The notes beneath the pieces were generated by a model. The model searched no databases. It worked only from the letters and a program-made list of their open reading frames with translations, and was not told the DNA's origin. A stretch of DNA of 64,000 nt from a virus. The DNA lies in the IMG/VR virus record IMGVR_UViG_3300021365_000008, positions 15,656 through 79,655 of that record; one strand, given 5' to 3'. Made by a program: the position numbers and the translations under genes. Below are positions 9,325-17,879 of this stretch, one piece after another; within the stretch, counting starts at the first letter, position 1, and each line of letters begins with the position of its first letter.

Positions 9325-9780
9325 TTATATGGAATAAAGGTGTGTAGGATCTGGTATATCCAGATCAAGGTTTTCTGCAGCCCACTGGCGGATATTGTCG
9401 ATATAGGTCTTGAACTCTTTTGTCGACATATCTTTTGTAGACCGTTTAGTAGTCCCGAGAACACGTCCAGTTTCAGGATGGTACAGTTCAGTCTTAGTGA
9501 ACTTCTCCTTTAAGAAATCGTGGATAAGGTCTCGGGTTAGATTACCGGAAGTGCCAGAATTAAAATCATCGGCTTGCCAACCGGCGGATTCGAGTTCTTC
9601 TCGAATCATATACAAGAGTGTACCCCAGTAGTATCTATTCTGTGGGTTGCTCCTGATGCGTACGCTGCGGATTATAATCTCAACGTCGTGTCCTTCGAGC
9701 TTACGTAGCTCGTTTTGAAATTGCAGGTCTTCATGCGGTACTATTGTACCGGCTTCAACCTTTGCTGTAACATGAATCAT
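9325..9780 (-). CDS. NinB/Orf-like recombination accessory protein
   Basis: RSNPQNRYYWG and STKDMSTKEFKTYIDNI...LDIPDP motifs. Confidence 0.65.
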   Translation of the reverse strand: MIHVTAKVEAGTIVPHEDLQFQNELRKLEGHDVEIIIRSVRIRSNPQNRYYWGTLLYMIREELESAGWQADDFNSGTSGNLTRDLIHDFLKEKFTKTELYHPETGRVLGTTKRSTKDMSTKEFKTYIDNIRQWAAENLDLDIPDPTHLYSI

Positions 9781-10367
9781 ACATAGAAGTACGTGTGCTT
9801 CCTTGTGTCTGATGATATGGTAAATACAAGCTTGCGTTCTTCTGTAGTGGCTACAGGAAAGAATTCCATGCTTGCAGCTTTACTGACGTACTTGATGTTA
9901 TCGTCAGGAATTATTTTCTCTTGTACGATAAGGTCTTGAAATACCTTGAGGTATATCCACTTGTTATCTAAGTCCCAGTCAGCTTTACCGGGCACATCAT
10001 ACATAGCACAACTAATTTGAATTGGAAACTTATTTTTAGAAATCTTCCGAAACTTCGACAGGTACGGACGGAAGCTATCCTTAATAGCATTGACAATCTT
10101 TACACGTATAACCGGTCGTGTAGAACCTGCATAAAAATCTTGACCATTGATTTTCTTCATGCGAGGTGTCCCCACTGTTCGAGCATTGCGTATAATAGGT
10201 TGTCCGTCATTAGTACATAGACGTCCTTTCCTGTCGAAGCGGAAGGTAGGGTCTTGGTATTTCTTAGGTAGGCGATCTTTCTGAGTGTAGTAAGTAGGCC
10301 TACGACGATTGCTCATCTTTACATACTCAATGAACTCAGGTATGGTGATCGTTGCGATATGTGTCAT
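9777..10367 (-). CDS. RusA-like Holliday junction resolvase
   Basis: DWDLDNK...K.FQD...IIPDDN. Confidence 0.7.
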   Translation of the reverse strand: MTHIATITIPEFIEYVKMSNRRRPTYYTQKDRLPKKYQDPTFRFDRKGRLCTNDGQPIIRNARTVGTPRMKKINGQDFYAGSTRPVIRVKIVNAIKDSFRPYLSKFRKISKNKFPIQISCAMYDVPGKADWDLDNKWIYLKVFQDLIVQEKIIPDDNIKYVSKAASMEFFPVATTEERKLVFTISSDTRKHTYFYV

Positions 10368-11331
10368 GCCATAAAGATATGACTTTGCTTACCTCAGTTT
10401 TACCATGCAGCTTTACTAAGTCGCTAATGTCCTTGGCTTGATAGTTTGGTGTACCAAATCTACCGTTAGTTAAGAAGAGTGGTTGGATACCATACTCCTT
10501 GCGCATGAAGTTAGCCATAGTCACACCCGCTCGGTCGAAGTCGTATAGACTTACAACTTGTGGTGCGTTCTCAAGTAACTCATGTATCCATTCTTCATCG
10601 GGATACACGGTTTCTGATTGGGGAGCAAAAGCTGTAATACCAAACTCATGCAGTACTAGTACATCTTTCATACTTTTAGTTATAACAACACCATTGCTTA
10701 GGTCACGTATACGTTGATAGCCTTGTACAATGGAGCAGTTACACATGAACCTATTGGTCTTGCGTTTAGGAAAGTATATCTTGTACTGCTCGTCACCGAA
10801 ATCATAAGCATAGGCAGGGTCACCTTTCTTGTAAGAATAAATTTGCTTGCCGTTGAGCCATACAGCAGTTACTGGTGGTACGTTGAAGTCAATAAGCGTT
10901 TGCTTTTGAATGCCAAACTGTGTCCAGAACTCTCTGTCTTCGTCATTGAACTGACGACGTTTGATTTCGATAACGGTTTCTCTACGTCTGAAAGTAACGA
11001 GGTGCGGGTAGTCTACTCGTTCTACCCGCACCCCGTCAATCAACCCAAAATCATTCGCTATTATTTCTAGTGCTTCATAAAAGGAGCAGTTGTAGATATG
11101 CATTACTACTTTAAAGCATCCTCCACTAAAGAATCCAGCGAAATCTTTGAATATCAGCGAGCCTTCTTTCGTGTAGAAGAATCCACAAGTCGGGTTTTTA
11201 TCCTGTCGTAGGGGAGATAGAAACCTAGTCTGAAGCTTTATGGGTACACCTAGATAGTGCTCCATGATTTGCTCCTGACTGTATTGACTTAAGATATAGT
11301 CTGACGTAAGATCAGGCTTAAGCTGATACAT
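10336..11331 (-). CDS. DNA primase (DnaG-like, crAss type)
   Basis: SPLRQDKNPTCGF N-terminus; TOPRIM-like ITKSMKDV and YDFDRAG. Confidence 0.85.
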   Translation of the reverse strand: MYQLKPDLTSDYILSQYSQEQIMEHYLGVPIKLQTRFLSPLRQDKNPTCGFFYTKEGSLIFKDFAGFFSGGCFKVVMHIYNCSFYEALEIIANDFGLIDGVRVERVDYPHLVTFRRRETVIEIKRRQFNDEDREFWTQFGIQKQTLIDFNVPPVTAVWLNGKQIYSYKKGDPAYAYDFGDEQYKIYFPKRKTNRFMCNCSIVQGYQRIRDLSNGVVITKSMKDVLVLHEFGITAFAPQSETVYPDEEWIHELLENAPQVVSLYDFDRAGVTMANFMRKEYGIQPLFLTNGRFGTPNYQAKDISDLVKLHGKTEVSKVISLWHDTYRNDHHT

Positions 11332-11957
11332 TACCAGGGCTGAGTATCTTCAGCTGTAGTTGGTTGAGCTGTAGCTGTAGCAGACCACTCATTATCGGAG
11401 GTATCCGGTACAGTAGGCTCCATGTTATCCCACTTTGGGTCGATACGCAACTGGTTCGGTTCATTCATAGGTTGAATGAATGGCTGGTATGCTCGCTTAG
11501 GGAAGGTAGTATACTGGCTGTTATGCTTGTATACTACCTTGAGACGGCAAGGCACATCTACATAAGTCTGTCCAAGCATATCAATCACACCATTGCAGAA
11601 CTCTTCGAAGTTCTTAGCGCGGAATACACACTTGTCCTTAGGAATAAAGCATGACAGGATGTGCTTGATGCGTTCACCCTGTGCAGTAAACTGATCCTTG
11701 ACATAGGATTCGGCTTCGGCAGTAGTATTCTTCCAACCTTTAGCTTTCTCTAGTAGCGAGTCAAAGTCAATTGGCCACTCCGTATGAGTAAAGGAATTGC
11801 TAGAGCCATCTGTAAAGATGAACTTCAGCACCTTGTTGCCTTCGCCATCCGCTTTCATGGTATCATACACTACATCTTTGAGCATTACATTTTCTGTGAT
11901 GCCTGCGGGTATGCGTCCGCCTTCACCTGTACCGGTGGTTTCATCAAATCCGTACAT
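11331..11957 (-). CDS. Putative ssDNA-binding protein
   Basis: Between primase and AAA ATPase; beta-rich core, acidic tail ending in ...EDTQPW. Confidence 0.55.
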   Translation of the reverse strand: MYGFDETTGTGEGGRIPAGITENVMLKDVVYDTMKADGEGNKVLKFIFTDGSSNSFTHTEWPIDFDSLLEKAKGWKNTTAEAESYVKDQFTAQGERIKHILSCFIPKDKCVFRAKNFEEFCNGVIDMLGQTYVDVPCRLKVVYKHNSQYTTFPKRAYQPFIQPMNEPNQLRIDPKWDNMEPTVPDTSDNEWSATATAQPTTAEDTQPW

Positions 11958-12661
11958 TACTTGATAGTATCAGGGTATACTGCATCCCACTTCAATTCTA
12001 TTAACTGACCTGCAAGGGTAGGGATACGACACCCTGCGTCAGTATTGATTCCAGTTCGGAAGTCCACCATAAGCTTATCCTCTTCTCGAGTGATACGTCC
12101 TACGCCATCCATGATAGAACATAGATGTACCTTGAGCTTACCGGTTAGGTTAATCTTCTGCACTTCTACGCCTTCATCATCGTGCCCATCTTTCTGGTGT
12201 CCGATGATAATAATGTGTTTAGAAACACGTGCAAACTGCTCAACAATCTTAATTACTTGAGTACGCGCTAAAGACCAGCCTTTACCGTGCGGTATATCAC
12301 CAATGTGATTTACACTGTGTTGACGGCATACAGCCTCTGTCACCCACGCTTCGATATGGTCAATGGTATCCAGTACTACAAAGTCATAGTCATTGCTATT
12401 CTCATGTAGATACTCAAGGCATTGCTTGAGCTTTGTCAAGCTGTCGACTACTACACTGGTTGCACCTTCACAATATGAAGTGCCACCAAGCAGTCGTTCT
12501 CCATTACTGCCTTTGACTTCGGTGTCGATAATCAAGTGCTTGGGTAACTGTGCTACAGCACTAGTTTTACCCACCTTAGGCTTGCCGTATAAGAACAAGC
12601 GTTGCGGCGATACAGCCGCAGTTATTTTTTGTGGTTCAATCATCAAATATTCCTTCTTCAA
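11957..12661 (-). CDS. AAA_24/Sak4-like P-loop ATPase
   Basis: YGKPKVGKT Walker A, IIDTE, VVLDTID, IIIGH. Confidence 0.88.
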   Translation of the reverse strand: MKKEYLMIEPQKITAAVSPQRLFLYGKPKVGKTSAVAQLPKHLIIDTEVKGSNGERLLGGTSYCEGATSVVVDSLTKLKQCLEYLHENSNDYDFVVLDTIDHIEAWVTEAVCRQHSVNHIGDIPHGKGWSLARTQVIKIVEQFARVSKHIIIIGHQKDGHDDEGVEVQKINLTGKLKVHLCSIMDGVGRITREEDKLMVDFRTGINTDAGCRIPTLAGQLIELKWDAVYPDTIK

Positions 12662-12974
12662 TCTCCTGAATTAGAGACCCTAAAGTCCTTTGTGCTTTAT
12701 CACGAAGATACGAAATCTTCTCTGTATCTTCTAACATAGTGTCCATAGAGGAAGCTACGTAAGTGTTTGTCGCATAAGCTCTTACATACTCGTCACCAAT
12801 GAAAGTAAAGGTGCGTCTGTGTCCTACAATTGTATAAGTAGTAATTGCTCTAGAGTCGTGAGTTGCTTGATCCCGAGAAACAAAAATGCTTCCCGGCTCT
12901 ACATCTTTAGAGACCATAGGGGTTGTCTCGACGTGCTGGCGAATCTCCACCGTCCCAGTCTTCAAATGTTCCAT
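12636..12974 (-). CDS. Hypothetical protein (true start possibly MVSKD)
   Basis: Fills the gap between DnaB and the ATPase on the coding strand. Confidence 0.55.
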   Translation of the reverse strand: MEHLKTGTVEIRQHVETTPMVSKDVEPGSIFVSRDQATHDSRAITTYTIVGHRRTFTFIGDEYVRAYATNTYVASSMDTMLEDTEKISYLRDKAQRTLGSLIQEIEEGIFDD

Positions 12975-13887
12975 GTCTTAAGTTGTTTTTAAGTAGCGTG
13001 ATGCCTGCTTGACCATGCCGGTTCTTGAGGCAATGCAACGCTACGAGGTTTCTAGTTGTAAGGTTCTTTCTACCATATGTTTCTAGCCCTAATAATGCTG
13101 GCTGATGTATGACCATTACAACATCAGCAGCGTGGTAGAGCTGTTTACTACCATGGATATCTGTCTTCAATGGGTAGTGTAGGTTAGGTGCATCGGGGTC
13201 ACGTCGCTTCTCGCCTTCTATCTTATCATTCAGCTGCGATAGTAATACTACCATAGCTCCGAAGCGTTTGCGTAACTCAATGCACATCTTACCTAACCCA
13301 GCAAGACTGTCTATCTCGTTCTCTCCAGGCATAGGGTTGACAAGTAGAGTATGGTCAAGACAAACAACGTAATGACAGTCACCATGTTTCTCAATAAAGC
13401 TGCTAATAGCTCTCGCAATTTGTATGCGATTGCTCGGCTGCTCAATAAAGAAAATAGATGGCTCATCTATTTGCCGTAGCTTATCCTCAATCATTACTCG
13501 CTCTACGTCATCCAGTGCTGTAGTAGCATGCAGCATGCGGTCAAGAGGCACTTCAGCAAGTGAAGACAGTCGACGTATCAGCTCCATCTCTGCAGACATC
13601 TCGAAAGAAAAGTGAAGAATCTTTACCGGTTTGTCAAACTTGTTGTATGCAGTAGAAGTGAAGTCTCGAATGAGATTGTTCAAGAACATACTCTTACCGT
13701 GACCGGAAGCCCCGGCCAGTACATACACCATTCCAAACTGCATACCACCAAGCAACATAGTATTGACCTTATCCCAGCGTGTACGCATAACAGGGATCTT
13801 GCCATTCATGTAGTTGTGTATAGTCTGTTGTGTCGCTTCGACTACATCAGACATACTACGTGGTGCTAGTTCAGATGATTCGATCAT
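12907..13887 (-). CDS. dnaB: Replicative DnaB-like (SF4) helicase
   Basis: LAGASGHGKS, FSFEM, VCLDH, LSQLN, GSKQLYHAADVV, KNRHG. Confidence 0.93.
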   Translation of the reverse strand: MIESSELAPRSMSDVVEATQQTIHNYMNGKIPVMRTRWDKVNTMLLGGMQFGMVYVLAGASGHGKSMFLNNLIRDFTSTAYNKFDKPVKILHFSFEMSAEMELIRRLSSLAEVPLDRMLHATTALDDVERVMIEDKLRQIDEPSIFFIEQPSNRIQIARAISSFIEKHGDCHYVVCLDHTLLVNPMPGENEIDSLAGLGKMCIELRKRFGAMVVLLSQLNDKIEGEKRRDPDAPNLHYPLKTDIHGSKQLYHAADVVMVIHQPALLGLETYGRKNLTTRNLVALHCLKNRHGQAGITLLKNNLRHGTFEDWDGGDSPARRDNPYGL

Positions 13888-14458
13888 GTGGTAAATCTTC
13901 TTTAGGCGCAGCTTCCATCAGTTCCCATATATCCACAAAGGAATATGCTTGTAACCAACGGTCAATGCGCATGTGGATAAGCTTGTTGTCTCTTGCGAAG
14001 TGCAGGGCAGACATCACTTTCTTGTGGTCGTACTTACTACCAATGGATTTGTGATACCACCGTGTTAACTCTTCCTTGTTTACACCTTTAACAGGCATAC
14101 GCTTGCCATCAATGTTGATGAACCCAGGATATGCGTTCCAGAATTCTTCACCATCAAGGTTAGATGCACTGTAGAAGAGTGATACAAACTCATCTGTGAC
14201 CTCGTAGAAATCAGCATACTTAGTGTTAGTACCAGGATTGGTATCTACAATAAGTCCTTTGTTTTCTAACTCATCTAGTACAGTCTGAGGAAATACAGTA
14301 CCTTCTTCTGCAATCTTGTACAGTAAATCTCTGCGCCGTTCATAGATGATAAGGCAGAACAGGAGTTGAAGCGGGCTAATACCCAGCTTGATAAGTACAT
14401 CGACAAACTTATCAAGTGGGTAGATCAACTCATCGTCCTGTTTTTGTCGGTACGCCAT
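13871..14458 (-). CDS. Putative replication initiator / helicase loader with winged helix
   Basis: LDELENKGLI wHTH-like segment, FWNAYP motif, adjacent to DnaB. Confidence 0.55.
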   Translation of the reverse strand: MAYRQKQDDELIYPLDKFVDVLIKLGISPLQLLFCLIIYERRRDLLYKIAEEGTVFPQTVLDELENKGLIVDTNPGTNTKYADFYEVTDEFVSLFYSASNLDGEEFWNAYPGFINIDGKRMPVKGVNKEELTRWYHKSIGSKYDHKKVMSALHFARDNKLIHMRIDRWLQAYSFVDIWELMEAAPKEDLPHDRII

Positions 14459-14720
14459 GGCTCATAACAATTTGCTGTTCGATGTTTCGTGCTTCATACA
14501 AGCTCTTCGTAACTGATTCTAAATCTGCTTCGAGATTGTAGTTATCAGAAAGAGCTAATTGAAATTGCCATGGCTCATCACTCCATTTCCTTTTACCGGA
14601 CTTAACTAGTAACAGGATTTCGGAGTAAAGAGTCGTTGCACTTTGCGAGTAACTCCTTAATGGAGTGGACCCATTGGATGTTAGCGGACTTAGATTGCCG
14701 CTTTTTAAGCCATTTTTCAT
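14430..14720 (-). CDS. Hypothetical protein; start uncertain
   Basis: C-terminal ~65 aa fill the gap between SF2 helicase and initiator; the only upstream ATG lies 118 nt inside the helicase. Confidence 0.45.
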   Translation of the reverse strand: MKNGLKSGNLSPLTSNGSTPLRSYSQSATTLYSEILLLVKSGKRKWSDEPWQFQLALSDNYNLEADLESVTKSLYEARNIEQQIVMSHGVPTKTGR

Positions 14721-15840
14721 CTTGTGTATCCTTCAGATAAAGATTAATAATAACTCCAGTCTTTCCTTCCTGGAATCGAATTGCACGGCCTGTCCGTTGC
14801 AAGTCTTGTCTAGGTGTAGAAGTACCAGAGCAAACGATAGCCAGCTCAATACCTTTTACATCAAACCCTTCATCCAATGCACGTGCAGTATGTATGACAC
14901 GTGTATCAGTTCGTTTATCAGCAAAAGAATCTAAGACATTTTGGCGAATGTACTTAGACATTTTTGAATGGTATACTGCGCCCCAAGGCTGCGTCTCTTT
15001 ATTAATTAAGTTAGCGAACTTGACACTTTCGCTGAAGGTAATAGTCGGCACATCGAATACATCTATGAGTTTTTTCGCGGCCTCTTTTTTCGTAGCACTC
15101 TGATAAATAAGTTGCTTACGAGCATTCATAGCGCGGTTCCATGCACGAGCAGAGTTTAGAACTTGCTGCTCTTCCCAACCTGCTAAGTTTCTTGTGAATA
15201 CTGTGAGGTATTGGCGGTCTGTCATACACCGCATAGCACTATGAAAACGATTGTTGAAGATAGCGAAATGCTTGTAGTAAGCATCTGTTATCTCCTTGTA
15301 CTTAGCCTCTTCCTCGTCTGACATACGTAGGCCGAGGTTAAATACTTGAAACTGTGAGACATAGTTGTTCCGCACAGCTTCATGCAATCCAATAGTATCA
15401 ATTACCGGAGCTGCTTTCTCAATGATATGGTACCTGTGGTCTTCCTTATTGAGAGTAGCAGTCAAGCCTAGGATATACCGGTAATCGGTACAGCCAAAGA
15501 TACTACTGAATACATCACTCATGTAGTTGTGAATCTCGTCAAGTATCAACAAGTCACACACATGTTCTGATTTCACTGCACTGTTGATCACCATAACTTG
15601 CGTATTAGTGATATGCAGTTTCTCTAGTTGTTGTTCCCACTGCTGTTTGAGGTTCTGAGTAGGTACAATAACAAGAGCTTTACCTGTTGGCAGACGGTTG
15701 TTTAAGTCTTGCAAAATAAGTAGAGCAACAAAGGTCTTACCGAAGCCGGTCACTGCTTCGAGAGTACCCTTGCGCCCTGCTTGTGTCCATTTTGCGATGA
15801 CTTCGTTCTGCCGTTTTAGGCGACGTTGGTCAATCTTCAT
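14602..15840 (-). CDS. SF2 DEAD/DEAH-like helicase
   Basis: AVTGFGKT, LDEIH, GLTAT, ALDEGFDV, QRTGRAIR. Confidence 0.93.
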   Translation of the reverse strand: MKIDQRRLKRQNEVIAKWTQAGRKGTLEAVTGFGKTFVALLILQDLNNRLPTGKALVIVPTQNLKQQWEQQLEKLHITNTQVMVINSAVKSEHVCDLLILDEIHNYMSDVFSSIFGCTDYRYILGLTATLNKEDHRYHIIEKAAPVIDTIGLHEAVRNNYVSQFQVFNLGLRMSDEEEAKYKEITDAYYKHFAIFNNRFHSAMRCMTDRQYLTVFTRNLAGWEEQQVLNSARAWNRAMNARKQLIYQSATKKEAAKKLIDVFDVPTITFSESVKFANLINKETQPWGAVYHSKMSKYIRQNVLDSFADKRTDTRVIHTARALDEGFDVKGIELAIVCSGTSTPRQDLQRTGRAIRFQEGKTGVIINLYLKDTQDEKWLKKRQSKSANIQWVHSIKELLAKCNDSLLRNPVTS

Positions 15841-16303
15841 GCGATACCGAGGTGTTTAGTTCTTCTGACTGAATCCAATCATACGAATCCCCCCAGGCTC
15901 TACCCAGTGGCATCTCTATGTAGATATGCGCGTATGAACCATCATTAATTTCACATAAGCCCCACCGCTCATATATCCATTTGTCTAACTCATAATCGCT
16001 AGGCCGTTCGATATATGTAATATGGTGGTATGCTGATCGTCCAATAACATTACGTGGGCTAGTATGCCAATACTTTTTAAGCTCGGGTTCAGCACCTTCA
16101 TGATAGTAGCGAGGTGGCAAATAATCTTTTTCTTTGATATACTGTAAGCCTTCAGCAGTAAGCAGATTGATTTCTTCTATACCACCACTGTCTCCACAGC
16201 CTTGCCAATGAATATGAATACATGGAAAGTCACGTGGGGATGCGTAATGATTCTTGTATAAGTCCTCGAGTATCGGCATAAGCTTTCTTGGTACTTTTAT
16301 CAT
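15830..16303 (-). CDS. DUF6878-like protein
   Basis: WQGCGDSGGIEEI and ..NDGSY.. motifs. Confidence 0.55.
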   Translation of the reverse strand: MIKVPRKLMPILEDLYKNHYASPRDFPCIHIHWQGCGDSGGIEEINLLTAEGLQYIKEKDYLPPRYYHEGAEPELKKYWHTSPRNVIGRSAYHHITYIERPSDYELDKWIYERWGLCEINDGSYAHIYIEMPLGRAWGDSYDWIQSEELNTSVSHED

Positions 16304-16640
16304 TGTCTTCTTTTTTAAGTTTGCGACCGGTCATCCAGAATTCTTTCTTCATACCCTTGAGCCAGTCTTGAACAGTAGGTACAAAACCTAAGTCTTCAAT
16401 AATGTGTTGTTCAGCAATCGTCCGTACTGGTACGACGTGTCCATCAGAATTGATTATTGTTTTCCCGAATTTTTCTTCGCAAGCAAATACGCCAAAGCTA
16501 TGATGGCGAAGAGCACGGTGACGATGGTCACTGAAAGCAATCTTAGAGCCATCAATCCACTCATGTATTTCCAGATAGTCATCGGGACTACCACGAAAGC
16601 GACGAGTAGAACTGCGAGCGTGATCATAAGCATGAGCCAT
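16230..16640 (-). CDS. DUF6915-like His-rich (HD-like) protein
   Basis: MAHAYDHARSS, IHEWIDGSK, HRALRHHSFG, EQHIIEDLG. Confidence 0.7.
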   Translation of the reverse strand: MAHAYDHARSSTRRFRGSPDDYLEIHEWIDGSKIAFSDHRHRALRHHSFGVFACEEKFGKTIINSDGHVVPVRTIAEQHIIEDLGFVPTVQDWLKGMKKEFWMTGRKLKKEDNDKSTKKAYADTRGLIQESLRIPT

Positions 16641-16667
16641 TATCTGTAAATTTTATAAAAACAGTAA

Positions 16668-16907
16668 TCATAAGTCAAAGATTATTTGTCTAGGAAAAAT
16701 ACCTTTTTCTCTAGCAGCAAGGAGTGCGCCGTTGAGACTGTGGCGTAAGCATACAGTATCCTCGGTGTCTAACGTCTCGAGCATAAAGTTTCCACGCCAA
16801 CGATACATACGGTGAGTATGATTAAAAGGATTAGAGGACATCTCTTGAATTAACTCAGAAATGTCCTCTAATACCTTTTTATACTCCAGAAGAGTATCTA
16901 TCTCCAT
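16668..16907 (-). CDS. Hypothetical protein
   Basis: 79 aa; start overlaps the stop of the upstream gene by 1 nt. Confidence 0.6.
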   Translation of the reverse strand: MEIDTLLEYKKVLEDISELIQEMSSNPFNHTHRMYRWRGNFMLETLDTEDTVCLRHSLNGALLAAREKGIFPRQIIFDL

Positions 16908-17677
16908 CAGTTCAAGAAGAACTGATTGTGATCTACTAAGAACTGCGTCACATTCCTATGTGTATTTACATAGTCTGTTGCCGGCGCTCGTTTGATTGCC
17001 TCCGTGCAGTTGTTGTAGAACTTCCACAATGTATCGGGTTCAAGTTCACCAGATTCATTCTGGTCAAATGCCCACAGATCGCTAGTACGAATCTCCTTTT
17101 TGATATCGCCAAGCATACGAGACGTAATAATATCGTTGAAGTACATACGGCCTGCCATTGATGCGACGGCACGTGGGTCTACCATGCGCTGTTCTGCTGC
17201 ACGTTTGAAGTTCATAAGCTTCTTGAAGTTGCTTGCCATCTTCTCTACTTGTGTATCTACAGAAGCATGGATGTCGTCCCACACATTGCGGTAGTGGCGA
17301 CGAGTAAAGGTGCCATCATCTCCAATAAACATACCGTTCCAACAAGCAAGTACTGTAGCGCCTGATGTAAAGGTCACCTTACGCTGTTTGTTGTAGCTAT
17401 TAAGGAAAGCAAAAGTGCGATTTACTTCTGGTTCTTCAGGAGTATTGATGTGCAGCTTGAACAAAGCTACTTGTCCTTTGAGTGCTGTCCTGCACTCCTC
17501 ATCTACAATGGTAAGCCCGTGCTGACGGACACGTTCAGTGACTGTATTGTATAGCTCTTCATTACTTACTGGCCCGTACGTTCTTGTGGCTTCCGGTATC
17601 GCTACTCCGAACGCGTACCTTTTTTGCTGTTGGTTTACAAGTCGCCTTCGATTCAATTGTTCTGTTACTTGGTTCAT
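16907..17677 (-). CDS. DUF932-family protein
   Basis: FLNSYNK...ACWNGM, F.FTRRH, LWKFYNNCTEAIK. Confidence 0.75.
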   Translation of the reverse strand: MNQVTEQLNRRRLVNQQQKRYAFGVAIPEATRTYGPVSNEELYNTVTERVRQHGLTIVDEECRTALKGQVALFKLHINTPEEPEVNRTFAFLNSYNKQRKVTFTSGATVLACWNGMFIGDDGTFTRRHYRNVWDDIHASVDTQVEKMASNFKKLMNFKRAAEQRMVDPRAVASMAGRMYFNDIITSRMLGDIKKEIRTSDLWAFDQNESGELEPDTLWKFYNNCTEAIKRAPATDYVNTHRNVTQFLVDHNQFFLN

Positions 17678-17879
17678 GTCTTAGAATTTTGATAATACTT
17701 ATTATTAAACGGATTTCCGTCAACAACCGCGTGTGTTCTGTAGCGGTTAAACTAGAGGTAGATAAAGAGTATTCTACTAGCCGTTTTAGATAGTCAGACC
17801 AGTAGGTTACTCGTTCATGCATAGGAAGATGTTCGTACCTCTGAAACGAACTATCCTCATAAACTTTCATTTGCTCCAT
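17562..17879 (-). CDS. Hypothetical protein
   Basis: Occupies the gap between PolA and DUF932; 3' end overlaps the next gene. Confidence 0.5.
   Translation of the reverse strand: MEQMKVYEDSSFQRYEHLPMHERVTYWSDYLKRLVEYSLSTSSLTATEHTRLLTEIRLIISIIKILRHEPSNRTIESKATCKPTAKKVRVRSSDTGSHKNVRASK

Noticed and set aside
14455-14580. Duplicated 12-mer ATGAGCCATGGC on the minus strand
   Set aside because: Only two copies, inside coding sequence, with no structural context; compatible with chance.
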